Shown: positions 14,872 through 29,216 of the stretch, piece by piece
Layout: each line of letters begins with the position of its first letter
Position numbering within the stretch: position 1 is the stretch's first letter
Assembly (NCBI GenBank): GCA_951406725.2
Contig: OX597832.1
Location: 20,274,001 to 20,338,000 of the forward strand
Origin: Octopus vulgaris
Taxonomy: Eukaryota
Reading direction: 5' to 3'
DNA length: 64,000 nt
Notes under the pieces: generated by a model
Database searches by the model: none
Seen by the model: only the letters and a program-made list of their open reading frames with translations
What the model was told of the DNA's origin: nothing
Made by a program: the position numbers and the translations under genes

Positions 14872-15216
14872 GTATATATGTTTTTATTTTTGCTTCTCCC
14901 GTCACAATTTTGTCCAAGGTAAGAATCCTTTGAGCATGTAATTGCTTCGAGTGTTCAGCAAGTTTGCCCGAAGGCGAAGTCGTTCGTAATCTCTATTTGC
15001 ATCTGGGAATGAAACAAACGGAACAGACGAGAGTGAAGTAGAGAAAGCATTGTGTGGAATAGAATTAGAAAAAGAAACGGTTTGAAAGAGAAGGAGAGAT
15101 GGAGAGATGGAGGAAGAAAGAGAATAAAAAAAGAAACAGTCACATGCTCACCACATATGTTGTGTATATATATATATAATATAAATATAATATATATATA
15201 TATATATTTATATTTA

Positions 15217-15251
<35 letters not shown>

Positions 15252-15289
15252 CATAAAATACATATATATATACATCTATCTATCTATCC

Positions 15290-15355
<66 letters not shown>

Positions 15356-16169
15356 TATAGATAGATAGATAGATATATGTAGTATGTAGGTATATATGCA
15401 CATATATATAATACATAAAATATGTATATATACATATAATTCATTTAATAATGTACATATATATATATATATAGTACATATAATAATGTATAGATATGTA
15501 TGTGTATCTCTGTATGTGCTTATGTATGTATGTATGTATGTATGTATGTATGTATGTATGTATGTATGTATGTGTGTATGTATGTATGTGTGTATGTATA
15601 AATGCTCATCTGTTGTTTGTCTGTTTGTGTGTTTGGTGTGTGTGCTCGGAAGTGTATTTTGCATATTTATATGTATGCATGTATGTGCGCCTATATGTAT
15701 ATGCGTGTGGCTGCATCAATCCATGTTATTCTGTATGTATGTCTGAGGATACGCGAGAGTGAGCGAGAAACGACGAAATGATTCATCAATTGTTGATGAA
15801 CACACACACACACATATATAAATTTATATTTATATTTATATATACATACGTACGCACGTATAGTGAGAAGGAGTGAGAAGACGATAAAGAAACTAAGAAT
15901 ATGACATTGTATTTGTTATGTAAATATATGACAACTTACATGAAAAAAAAAACAAGAATAAAGGAATAAAAATTTCTAACGCATCTTGGATATTATAAAA
16001 GAAACGACATCCAACATTCACGAACTCTAACAACATAACTACAGGCGTTTTTAGTTAAAGCGATTGATAATTTCAATACACAAACAGACGACGGATCAAA
16101 TAATAAACACAGTTATTACCTCGATTGTGTCTCAGAAATGCTCTGGAATGCCGTTCGTTATCCATATTC

Positions 16170-16238
<69 letters not shown>

Positions 16239-16399
16239 ATCAGGGAAGAGAATCCATGAAATGCATTTTCCGTACTGAAAATTAAAATAGAAAATGATTT
16301 TGTTAGAAAGGTGACACACACCATTTATTGGGTGATTAATAAAACTACGCAAATAATTAGTCAACACATTTATTAGTAGAGTATATTACTGGCTGCATC

Positions 16400-17450
16400 C
16401 AGGTGGTGATCTGAGAGAATCGTTCAATCATCAAAAGCAAGACGTCCATCTTTGTTTTCTTCTTGCGCACTACGTTCTGGATTCGTATTTCGCTGAAGTC
16501 CTCTATTTGCCTTCTATCCATTTCGGAGTCAATGAAATAAAGTATCCTTCAACTACTGAAATGGATGTAATCGACTGATCTCATTTCTAAAGATCGCTGT
16601 CGTTGTACTGAAATTTGACTCTACTGAAAGTGGCCCTTTTGTAAAATCATTACAGTGTCAATGAAATGCATCGCGGAATTTCTTTCGCATTTTCAATTTG
16701 TGATTTCAAATTTCGCAGCGGCTATCTTTGCTTTCCATCGTTTTGGTATCGATAAAATAAGTACCAGCCAGTTACTTGGGTCGATGTAATCGATTAACTC
16801 CCATTTCCCAAATTCCTAGCCTTCTGTTAAAACTTGTGGCCCTTATTAAATGCGGCGGGCTGGCAGACCTTTTAAAACTTCCCTCATAATGCATAGTGCA
16901 TTACTTCATTACCTCTAGCTGATCTTAGTTCGAATCTTTCAGATGTCAACTTTATGTTTCATGAATTCGAGTAGACTTATTAAAGTACCAGTCAAGTCCT
17001 GTGGTCGATGTAATCGATTTTTCTCCTTTCTATCCCCGTGGCAACATTACAAGCAATTATATACAAAATGGGCGCACAAGTCCACAAAGTTTAGCGGCTT
17101 ATATCTAGATCAGACATGAAGGGTATATATTTTATAGATCACTAAGAATTAAAGGCAAATATGAGCTTATTGAACTTGGAGCCCAAACTGTAAAGGAGCG
17201 TAAATAAACACTACAAGTTATTTGTACGATATGCTAATATTATTTCACTATTTTAGTATATTAGTAATTCTAATTGATGAGCATTGGCAGCGATGCTGAA
17301 GTTGGGAATGTAATCGATACCATCGACTCCAATACTTGGTAGGAATTACCTCTTATCGACCCTGGAAGGATTAGCAGCAATAGGAGCCCTAGCCGGATTT
17401 TGAATTTAAAGAATCTGAGAATAACGATTCAGTCAAATCACCAGGTTATT
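16400..17450. mobile_element. Cluster of old degenerate group A-like SINEs, both orientations
   Basis: Recurrent GATAAAATAAGTACCAG and GGTCGATGTAATCGA blocks near 16530, 16750 and 16980, and in reverse near 17310. Confidence 0.65.
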
Positions 17451-17711
17451 ATAATAAATTATTGATAACAAATTGTATTTATTATAATTTAAGTGATTCC
17501 TGTAAAATGAGAACTACGTTTGGCAATATTTATTTTGAGGATACGATTGATTACAGTGGCGTCCAATGAATGACCAGAACTCACTGTATCGCCAACTAGA
17601 TGTTAAAAATGGCAACATAAACATTATGACGTTTATAGTATTTGAACTTAAAATGTAGATGCTGGAGAGAAAAATGAAAGATTAAAGGTAAATTTAATCC
17701 TCAGATTAGAT

Positions 17712-18125
17712 AGGTGCAGGAGTGGGTGTGTGGTAAGTAGCTTGCTAACCAACCACATGGTTCCGGGTTCAGTCCCACTGCGTGGCATCTTGGGCAAGTG
17801 TCTTCTGCTATAGCCCCGGGCTGACCAATGCCTTGTGAGTGGATTTGGTAGACGGAAACTGAAAGAAGCCTGTCATATATGTATATATATATATGTATAT
17901 GTATGTGAGTGTGTGTTTGTGTGTCTGTGTTTGCCCCCCTAGCATTGCTTGACAACCGATGCTGGTGTGTTTACGTCCCCGTCACTTAGCGGTTCGGCAA
18001 AAGAGACCGATTATATAAGTACTGGGCTTACAAAGAATAAGTCCCGGGGTCGATTCGCTCGACTAAAGGCGGTGCTCCAGCATGGCCGCAGTCAAATGAC
18101 TGAAACAAGTAAAAGAGTAAAGAGA
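17712..18125 (+). mobile_element. Group B CORE-type tRNA-SINE, full length
   Basis: A/B-box-like head (TGGGTGTGTGG, GGTTCAGTCC), CORE-like CTTGGGCAAGT, internal TA/TG tract, AAAGAGT tail; matches 35811 and 54681. Confidence 0.9.
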
Positions 18126-19007
18126 TGAAGTCTGAATATCGAAATATGGCACTTCGAATTTTATTTTGAATGGCCTTAATCCTGTGTAATGTTAACAAGA
18201 GCCATTCCCCGCTAAATCCACAGATGTATCTGTCTATGTTACGAGAATAAGATCTGACACTTGAGGTACGTGATGTACGCCACTGAAGCTGATCTGGAAT
18301 TTAATGTATCATTCGAATTCACTAAATTACTTTCAGACAGGAGTTTGATATTCGTCTGGTTTTAATAACTCATTTTCGACGTGGCTCACCTAAAATTAAG
18401 CTAAGATTGTATTGAAGTTAGTAAATGCACTCGAAATTACACGCCATTCTCTTAGGCAAATGGATTCCTCACTGTTTAAGAATTACGTACGAAATATATT
18501 TGATATAAAACTCCATACGAAAGAAATTACATAGTAAAGTATGCGAATTTTAATTGAGGTAGACTGCTAACAAGTGTCAGTTAAGTAAAATTACACAGTT
18601 CTAGGTATTCTATTTTTTAAAGTTGACCATATATATGCATGTGTACGTCGGGGCAAAAGTGTTCAGACCATTTCCACATCATTTGCCAGATTTTTTCACG
18701 CCTGAAAGTATCTTGTTCCATTGAATATTGCTCTCCTCTTTGGGTTGTAATCATCCACCAAGGGTCTTAACGTCCTCGATCGTATTCAAAATCGAGTCGA
18801 TAACCATGCAGATATTCTCCTTTATAGTACGGTGGAGTATTTGGTATTTCCTCAAAATGTATTTTCGTCATCTTTTCTATAAATATTTCCAAGGCCGTTG
18901 GCTCTGATGGACATTCAAGTTTAATACTCTCCATCAAAAACTGTATACCTCTCACCTGCTTTTCTTCCCAGGTGCATCATTCCTCTCATGAGCTTCATCA
19001 GAATTTG

Positions 19008-19108
19008 TTGTGCAATAAGATAAAAAACCAAGGCTGTGTAAATATTAGAGCATTTATCCATAAATGCTCTATCTACACAGCCTTGTTTTTTTTTATTTTA
19101 TTACACAA
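19008..19108. repeat. About 100-bp fold-back inverted repeat
   Basis: CAAGGCTGTGTA..TAGAGCATTTAT-CC-ATAAATGCTCTA..TACACAGCCTTG with pairing outer arms. Confidence 0.85.
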
Positions 19109-19264
19109 ATAATCCTTATATACACACGCTAACAGAACCAACGTTGAACCTATTATTCGCAAAATTACCGAATCTGGAGCTTAACTATGGTCTGTCTATA
19201 GCACTTACTCAGCATTACCTGACACCTTTGGGTCTCAATGACACCGTTATCTCATATATATATA

Positions 19265-19563
19265 TCTAATGAAGGATAAATTTTTTTTCGAAAAAAATAT
19301 TTTTTTCCCCAAAATATTTTATCAATGGCCAGCATATCAAAAAATACCTTTAAAGGTTAAATCTATAAACAATTCATAATTAAGGGCAAAAGAAAAAAAT
19401 TTCTAATGCCAGATATGCCGAAAAATTGGACATATTGTCCATTAACCATATAATTTTTTAACAATATGCACGCTACTCGAAAAAAGGTCGACAGAAATTT
19501 CTAAAACATTCCATTATTACCATATCGGACCGATTTCAGGGTTAGCTTATAACAGCCCTCCCT
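19265..19563 (-). mobile_element. Probable Penelope-like fragment with a hammerhead 3' half
   Basis: Lies between (TA)n tracts; minus strand reads aggg...ccct-GAAA-tcgg-TC-cgata, with the 5' core missing at the TA junction. Confidence 0.45.
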
Positions 19564-19589
19564 ATATATATACATATATATATATATAT

Positions 19590-19620
<31 letters not shown>

Positions 19621-20496
19621 ACAAAGTGGAGTTGTGATATATATATATATATATATAATGCCTAAATGCACAAGTGGATATAATACAAGATACTTATAAG
19701 ACTCACTGCAAGAATTCATCACCTCAAAGTTTTGGAAGAACAACCACAACAAATACCACAACTAATATGAAACATACCACTGTTAAATTTTAAAGAACTG
19801 TTGATTTGTTTCGGAGCAGTAAATTAAGAAGACATTTTTACAACGATTAAATTTATTTGGCAAAATAAAAAAAACAGCACAAGGGCAATAGTAGGAAGCG
19901 AACTGTAGACCTTTAGGTCGGCTGAATTATTTCTGTGACAGTAATTGCAAATACCAATGATCCTTTCTGTTTTCTAATACAAATCTAAACCAAATTCTCA
20001 CGTATTTTACCAATGACTCTATTCATTAGATTTCTTTCCCTTTTTTCGATGAAAATAAAAGATTTACAGACATCAGAAGCAAACAAAGACCCTCCTAATA
20101 TGAAGGTCAAACAAGTTTATTTTAGACATTACAGCACCTGTCACCGTATACAGATGGATTTAGGAAGGTCAGCTTATTAAACCACTAGAAACGGATTAAA
20201 TCCCAAAGCTGGCTCTAAGACCAACATTAAGTCGATCTAACACCGGTGCATTTCTATACCATTTCGTTGTACAGACACACGTTTAAATATACATTTACAT
20301 ATATATTTACATATATATATATATATATACACATACACACATTAGGATGTGTGTTTGTATGAATGTTTATATATCAAAATAGCAAACAGGAAATCATTAC
20401 TATGGTTATTAGAATTTTGAGAACTTACAGCGTTGCACTAATGAGGAAAAAATTGCTTTAGTATATATATTTATATACATGCATACATACATATGC

Positions 20497-20545
<49 letters not shown>

Positions 20546-21126
20546 TACACGTACATACACTCGTATATACATACGTGCGTTTGTTTTTTCATCTACCCGC
20601 CTTCGCGAAGTTGAAGTGGGCGAAATCTACTTGTCAGTTACTTGTAAGGGTGAGGTCAATTCTTATTGTTCCCTTGTTTAGAGTGCTCCACAACCTTACG
20701 TTGAGCTGTCGATGCGTTACAAACCTGGACAAAGTATTTTCTATTGTCCACTCTGAGAATTGTCATCTGCTTAAGCCTCTTCCCAGCGGTCAGTAAGCGC
20801 ACGCCCAGTATGGTTTTTGTCAGCGATTTAACGGCATATCAACTCCAGTACGTCTTTGACATGCTAATAGAGGTAAATAAATAACGACGACAGAACGCAA
20901 ACAATAAAATGAGAATGCAAGAGAGTGAGTGAAAGAGAGAAGGAGAGAGAGAGAGAGAGGGAGGGAGAGAGAGAGGGAGAAGCATACAGACAAGTAGACT
21001 GACCGACAAATAGAAAGTGTGAGAGAGCGAGAGAGAGGGAGTATGTGCGTGAAGAAATGGGTAAGTGAAAAACAAGAAGAGAGATAGAGAGAGGAGATGC
21101 GAAGAGACTGGGAGAGAGTTATGTGC

Positions 21127-21198
<72 letters not shown>

Positions 21199-21237
21199 GT
21201 CTACCTATCTATCTATCTATCTATATCTATCTATCCA

Positions 21238-21314
<77 letters not shown>

Positions 21315-21481
21315 AAAACAGTACTTGGAGAAGAAGAACGGAACGAAACGAACGAATCGAATCGAATCGACGTGAGGTCGCAGTCATACAATAGTGTAAT
21401 AAATAAAATATATGCATACATACATATATGTACGTACCTACATCTACATGTATATATACATGCATATATAAATATATATAC

Positions 21482-21659
21482 GTGAGTACAGGACACCACA
21501 ATTAGACGTAGAACTCAACGAGAAACGAAAACGGAAAAACAAGCATGGAACAAACCATTTTTTTACAACAGAAAAACAGAGTACAAGACAAACTACACAA
21601 GGAAAAATCCCCTTCATCAGCTGTCCCTAGTTCAACTCTAGCGTGTTTCGAAGGTAGGA

Positions 21660-21661
<2 letters not shown>
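21482..21661 (-). mobile_element. Probable Penelope-like fragment
   Basis: Lies between TA-rich tracts; minus strand has CGAAACACG...CTGATGAAGGGG followed by a T-rich tail like the other fragments. Confidence 0.45.
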
Positions 21662-21708
<47 letters not shown>

Positions 21709-21712
<4 letters not shown>

Positions 21713-22875
21713 AGGTGGACAAAATAATGAAAACACCTAGCATCATAGCATCATCATTTTGGAATATCTATAAAACCGTCAAAAGCGTGTATATTTTTAT
21801 GTTTTTATTTCTTTATTTATTCTTAGTGTTTGCTGAATATGTTTTGCAAAAATTGCTGTTTCTTTTCAGATATCATGAGAAAATGGTAATTAAAATTCAT
21901 TAAAATGCCGGATCTTTCGGACTATCAAAGCGGTCGAATTGTTGTTGCTCGTACGGCAGGCGCTAGCATAACGGAAACAGCCGAAATGTCTGGTGTATCA
22001 AGAATTACTATCTCGAAAGTACGAAAGTAATGAAAGCCTTTGAGAAAGAAGGAAAAACCTCCTCGTCGAAACAAATTGGGAAGAATACCAAAACTTTCAG
22101 ATAGGGACCGGCGGACTCTTACGCGAATTGTTAGAAAGGCTTACAAAAGTACAGCTCCCAAAATTACTGCAGAGCTTAATGACCACCTCGAGAGCCCACT
22201 TTCCACAAAAACCTTTCGCCGGGAGCTGTACGAAGTCAGATTTCACTGGAGGGTTGCAATTAGAAAACCACTACTTTCAAAAACAAACATTGCAAAGCAT
22301 TTAGATTGGAGTAAAAACCTACAGAATTGGTCCCTGGAGTAGTGGAAGAATTTTATCTTCTCGGACGACTCCTCTTTTAGCTTATTTCCGACCACCGGCC
22401 GAGTATACATGTGGAGACAGTCAAAAGAAGCATTTGATCCTGACTGCCTTCTTCCAACTGTTAAACATAGGGGAGGATTTTGATGATCTGGGTGGGGGGA
22501 TATATCTTAAAAATCCGCCTGCCCAATGGTCTCCCTACATGTCAGAATTAATAGTCAAGACTATTTAACCATTTTGTCTGATCAAATTCATCCTATGGTT
22601 GTGGAACTGTTTCCGGAGGCAAATGCAGTTTTTCAGGATGATAAACACACATTCACACGGCTAAATTTCTTACTGAATGGCAGGAAGTACATTCTAGTGA
22701 AGTTGAACATCTTATCTTGCCACCACAGTCTCCAGGTCTCAATATTATTTAACATTTATGGTGCATTTTAGAAAAACAAGGAGTCGATATCCTCCACAAT
22801 CATCACAACAAAAACTGGAGAGTGTTTTAGCTGAAGAATGTACAAAAATTCCTTTGGAAAAAATTCAAACTTTGT
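21709..22875 (+). mobile_element. Tc1-family DNA transposon, 3'-truncated
   Basis: Left TIR-like AGGAGGTGGACAAAATAATGAAAACACC directly after (TA)n; transposase pseudogene inside; no right TIR seen. Confidence 0.9.
21905..22875 (+). pseudogene. Tc1-type transposase pseudogene
   Basis: MPDLSDYQSGRIVVARTAGASITETAEMSGVSRITISKV, GRIPKLSDRDRR, RKPLLS, FSDDS, FQDD and SPGLNII motifs, with stops and frameshifts. Confidence 0.9.
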
Positions 22876-22879
22876 GCGC

Positions 22880-23057
22880 CATGATAGATCGCTAGCCACT
22901 AACTCTTTTTCGATTTTCTCTCCCTGTTTATTTCTGTGTTCCTTTCTGGTAAAGAGCGTAGGCCCGAAACGTAAAATACTTTCTGACTTCCAGAGCGTTA
23001 AACTAATACATATGTTTGTTGTTTACATACCCGTCTTCTTCTTTTGTTTTTATGTAA

Positions 23058-23066
<9 letters not shown>
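22880..23066 (+). mobile_element. Penelope-like fragment, same family as 41090-41245
   Basis: AAGAGCGTAGGCCCGAAACGTA...GAGCGTTAAACTAATACA aligns to the reverse complement of 41090-41245; ends at (TA)n. Confidence 0.65.
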
Positions 23067-23099
<33 letters not shown>

Positions 23100-23100
23100 A

Positions 23101-23138
<38 letters not shown>

Positions 23139-23149
23139 TTGTGTGTTTG

Positions 23150-23360
23150 TTTTTTTTGTCTCTGTTTGTCACCCCTCCATCGCGTGACAACCGAAGCTGG
23201 TGTGTTTACGTCTCCGTCAATTAGCGGTTTGGCAATAAGAATCCGATAGAATAAGTACTAGGCTTATAAAGAACAAGTCCTGGGGGTGACTCGGTCAACT
23301 AAAAGTGGTGCTCCAACATGACCGCAGTCAAATAACTGAAACAAGTAAAAGAATCAAAGA
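23150..23360 (+). mobile_element. Group B SINE, 3' half
   Basis: TGACAACCGA..CTGGTGTGTTTACGTC...CCGATAGAATAAGTACT...GAAACAAGTAAAAGA. Confidence 0.85.
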
Positions 23361-23368
23361 ATATATAT

Positions 23369-23431
<63 letters not shown>

Positions 23432-23632
23432 CATGTATGTACGGATGTACGTATGTATGTATGTATAAAGACAGAGGGGAAGAAAGAGAGAAGAGAGAGA
23501 TATATACAACCCCTTATATACACATTAATGTCATACTATATGCAACTACGCAGCAATATGTGAACACAAGTGCGTACGATTGAGCGTTTGGATGCATGTA
23601 TTGATGCAAGGAGATGCGTACATATGCATGTA

Positions 23633-23715
<83 letters not shown>

Positions 23716-24213
23716 CTTTACACAAATATGAGCTGCCAGTGGACGTAAAATCAAATATGTTAGTATAAACTTGATGGCAGAATCTGTGCGAGATCTTCAG
23801 GCAAGACAGACAAACGATTCGTTGATATTTCTGCCCTCATGAAAAACAAAGTGCAAACAGAACGTGACGGAAACAATGAAGCAGATAAGAAGATATATGT
23901 AGAATATCTCAACAACTGTTAGCTGTTTCAAGCTTCAGATTCATAAAAGAAATAAAACACGCAGACACACACACACACACAAACGCAGATAGACAGACAC
24001 GCACACACACAAACGCAGATAGACAGGCACACACACACACACACACACAGAGGCACAATTGGTACTTACTCTGGCCATATATAAATATACATATTTGGAA
24101 TATTAGTAAATATAATCATTTAACGTGCATTAGTGCTGCGTAACTTAGCTAGTCTATATGTTTGTCTTTTAGTATTGTTGTGTGTGTATATTTATGCATT
24201 TATACATACATCC

Positions 24214-24281
<68 letters not shown>

Positions 24282-24365
24282 ATATATATATGTATGTATT
24301 TATATATATGTATATATATATGTATGCATGTATATATAAATCTATATGCATGTATGTACATATAT

Positions 24366-24430
<65 letters not shown>

Positions 24431-24825
24431 TATATATAATGTATGCACAAACTCTAAAGGACAGATCCCCACTTACGAACGCATATATACGAATCGTCTT
24501 TAATAATTTTGTCTCTTACCGCAATGATACGCCATTTTTGAGAGCAAAGCGAAAAGGTAAATGATTTCTACACGTTAAAAGGACAAAATCGAAGGATAAC
24601 AATGTTTCATCGAAGTTTTCTTCCATCCCAGGAAACAGACAATGAAGGTTAATTCTTCTTCATATTTTTCTGATAAAATTTGACAGCGAATACTGGTGCA
24701 AAAATAATATTCTATGACATAATTTTCAATAAAATTACAATCCAACAGTTTCTCTCGCATGAGACTTGCGAGCGCATAAGCATTCTCCAACGAAAATTGC
24801 AATAGCGTCTAAGACCGGATAAGTA

Positions 24826-25384
24826 TTGGTTTGTCCGGAAAGTTCGTGCCGATTTATAGTAGCTTACATTTCGACTTATTTTAGAACATGGTTGAGTCCA
24901 TAACATAAAATTTGACTACGCCTCCATTTAGAGCACAGTCTAAGCTATCTTTTCGTGGAAGAAGGTTTATGTTCCTATAAACTGTATTAATTCTGTAACC
25001 CTTTAACTTGGAAGATAAGTAATTTCATTTCCGGCACTTGATGCCTTGGGAACCAGACAAAAATTGCTGCAGCTCGTCTGGAATGTGTTACTCCACCCTC
25101 CATATACACAAGGTATTGCTCTTCCCATTTACTCAGGTCTCTCTAGAATAGCCTTAATGGTAAAAATTTCAATTCCTTGGATGACGTAAAAAGATACCTT
25201 GATGAATTATTTGCCATGAAATCACCTGAATTCTGCGAAGAGAGTATTTTCAAGTTAAAGGAAAGATGGGGACACATTGTGCAACAAAATGGTTCATATT
25301 TGTTGATTAAAAAATATAATGGCAAGTATTTATTGACCTTTTTCTTTCTTTTAAAAATCAGCACGAACTTTCCGGAAAACCCAA
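24826..25384 (+). mobile_element. Internally deleted mariner element
   Basis: About 30-bp TIRs (TTGGTTTGTCCGGAAAGTTCGTGCCGATTT / AAATCAGCACGAACTTTCCGGAAAACCCAA), TA TSDs, and a C-terminal transposase remnant LNGKNFNSLDDVKRYLDELFAMKSPEF...ERWGHIVQQNGSY. Confidence 0.92.
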
Positions 25385-25429
25385 TATTATGAATTATATT
25401 AAAAAAATTTTCTAGTATATTTTCCGGAG

Positions 25430-26270
25430 ACTGTGTTACTTGATTACATCGACTCTATGTTTCAACTGCTTCTTGATTTATTGAGCCCGAAAATATGGAA
25501 AATAAAGGTGACTTGTGTGGTATCTGATTTCAGAACTTAAATACCGCTACGCGTTTTTGTCCGATAGTTTAAATTCCGCCGAGATCGGATTTGCCTTTTA
25601 TCCTTTCGGGGTTGATAAATTAAGTACCAGTTGCGGACTGAGGTCGATCTAATCGACTAGGCCCTCCCCCAAAATTCCGGGCTTGTGCCTAGAGTAGAAA
25701 ATAATATTACAGTTAGAATATTGCAGTTGAGGGCAGCGAGGTGGCAGAAACGTTAGCACGCCTGGCGAAATGTTTAGTGGTATTTCGTCTGCGTTTACGT
25801 TCTGAGTTCAAATTTCGCCGAAGTCGACTTTGAATTTCATCCTTTCGGGGTCGATTAAATAAGTACCAGTTACCCACTGGAGTCGATATAATCGACTTAA
25901 TCCGTTTGTATGTGCTTGTTTGTCCTCTCTAGGTATTCCGTCTGTCTCTACGTTCAGAGTTCAAATTCCGCCGAGGTCGACTTTGCTTTTCATCCTTCGG
26001 GGTCAAATAGATGAGCACTGGGGTCGATGTAATGGACTTAATCCCTTTGTCTGTCCTTGTTTGTCCCCTCTATATCTAACCCCCTGTGGGCAATAAAGAA
26101 ATACATACTGCACTTAGAATAAAGCAGCGAACTGTCAGAACCGTTTGCACGGCGATCGAAATGCTTGGCAGTATTTCGTCTGTCTTCACGTTCTGAGTTC
26201 AAATTCCGCCAAGATCGACTTTGCCTTTCATCCCTGAGGGGTCGACTAACTAAGAATCAGTGAAACACTA
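25430..26270. mobile_element. Cluster of group A SINEs, including a double-bodied copy at 25732-26101 (+)
   Basis: Repeated GAGTTCAAATTCCGCCGAGGTCGACTTTGCCTTTCATCC-like blocks near 25570, 25800, 25955 and 26195; one reverse copy near 25430-25560. Confidence 0.88.
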
Positions 26271-26310
26271 GGAGCCTACTTGTACGAATACAAAGCAAAA
26301 GTCAAACATA

Positions 26311-27090
<780 letters not shown>

Positions 27091-27906
27091 AATAACATCG
27101 ACGACGACGATGTTGATGCTGCGGCTGATAATGACAATGATAGTGATGATGATATTAATAACAGCTCAATAAATTGAATACGTACAATAAGAAAATATAC
27201 AAACACAAAAAAGGTCTCATAAACATACCTAGATTGAACAATATGTAAAAAAAAAACAGAAGCAAAACATGACGATAGCATACCATTTAATAATAGGATA
27301 TATATAAAACAAAAACTTAAGTAAAAATCAACAACACAACAAGATTAATAAACTCTAATATTAGCAGAAAGATTAACATCAGATATATTAATACAGCCCT
27401 GTGAAAATACCGTTGTTTACACAATATACGAGCAATGCCATTACTGAACTGCACAGACTAAGATCCGATTAGAATAATACGCCATTTTTCTTAGTCCGTT
27501 CTGCTGTTAATTTCTTTTGTTTTACCGATTGCTTTCTCTTGTTGTTGTTATTTTTGTTGTTGTTATTGTTAATGGGGTTGCTGTTCATGTTGTTAGAGTG
27601 TTTTTCTTTGTTTTTCTTTGTTTTGTTTCTTGCATTTCCCTTGGTCTTGCTGATGTTGTACTGGCGGCAGAAATTGTCGCTATATAGTTTCTGTGTATCT
27701 ATGTGAATCTAAAGCTGTGTGATTGTGTGTAATTCTGTGTGCGTTTGTGTGTGTATCTACAAGTAAACATAAATATATATGTGCATCTATATATATATAT
27801 ATAAATATTTATATATATATATAAATGTATGTATCATATTTTTACTTCCCAGTCTCTATGTGAATATATAAAAGCACCTATCTATCTATCTATCTATCTA
27901 TCTTTA

Positions 27907-27980
<74 letters not shown>

Positions 27981-28227
27981 TCTGTATGTATGTATGTATG
28001 TATGTATATATGTATGTATGTATGTATGTATGAGCGCGTGCTTGAGTGTGTATATATTAGTATGCGTATATACGTGTGTATACAAATATGCATATATCTA
28101 TATGCATGTATGTGTGTATATATTTAAAATATATTTATATTTATATACAAATGTATGTATTTATTTATAGATATATATGTATACATATATAAATATGCAT
28201 ACATACACACATATATGTATCTCTGTT

Positions 28228-28271
<44 letters not shown>

Positions 28272-28603
28272 GTATATATATATATATATGTATGTCCGTG
28301 TGTGAAATAATAGATGCGTACATGCGTGGGTGTCACTTAAGCTTATGTGTTTATTACCATTTTCTTTTAGTTTTAACATTTATATATATGTATTTTTTTT
28401 TCTTCTGTACCAAACTTCGTTGAAGCTAAGATAAGACCCATGTGGGTAATATGCCTTGAGGCGATGCTGCCACGTAGAATACCACGATAATCGAGCTATA
28501 AGCGCTTCTTCCTTCTAATCTTCGTTCTTATTAGATACCCAATAAATTCTGCGGTTATTTTTGTTGTTGTTGTTGTTGTTGTTGCCCTTGTTGATGCTTT
28601 CCG

Positions 28604-28634
<31 letters not shown>

Positions 28635-29067
28635 CTTCTTCTTCTTCTTCTTCTTCTTCTTCTTCTTCTTCTTCTTCTTCTTCTTCTTCTTCTTCTTCTT
28701 CTTCTTCTTCTTCTTCTTCGACGTCGTTGTCATCGTCGTCGTTGTCGTAGTAGTAATGGCAGTATTTTCTTCTCCATCATCATCGTCATCATCCTCATCA
28801 TCATCATCATATTTAGACTTGATATCGTTATCGTTATTACAGATGTTTTTTTGGGGGGGTTTTTGTGTGTGTGTTTTTGCTCTTTTTTAAATCATTGTTG
28901 ATCCTGCCCCTGTGTTGTTTAAGTATCAGACGAGAATAGATTACGATTATCTGAACTGTGTACACATAAACACACATTCGTAGCTCAATTACTCATTTGT
29001 AAAATAAAGAAACATAATATTTAATAATAAAAATAATCATGATAATAATGATAATAATAATAGTAAT

Positions 29068-29126
<59 letters not shown>

Positions 29127-29178
29127 TAATAATAATAATGATAGTAATAATAGTACTACTACTATTACTACTACTACT

Positions 29179-29216
<38 letters not shown>

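Noticed and set aside
15743-15785. CTGAGGA...GAAA spacing
   Set aside because: Stem II is bulged, and no stem III, UH or stem I arrangement follows; probably chance.
17701-17955. Recurrent minus-strand ORF ([19 protein letters not shown]), also at 35665 and 54701
   Set aside because: It is the antisense reading of the group B SINE, not a gene family.
20156-20203. ggattt...GAAA-cgga-TT-aaatcc, with a hammerhead-like stem I
   Set aside because: The core reads AGGAAGG and stem II does not pair; too decayed to support.
21340-21370. GAACG/GAATC short repeats as a possible CRISPR-like or regulatory array
   Set aside because: Simple pentanucleotide slippage with no spacers.
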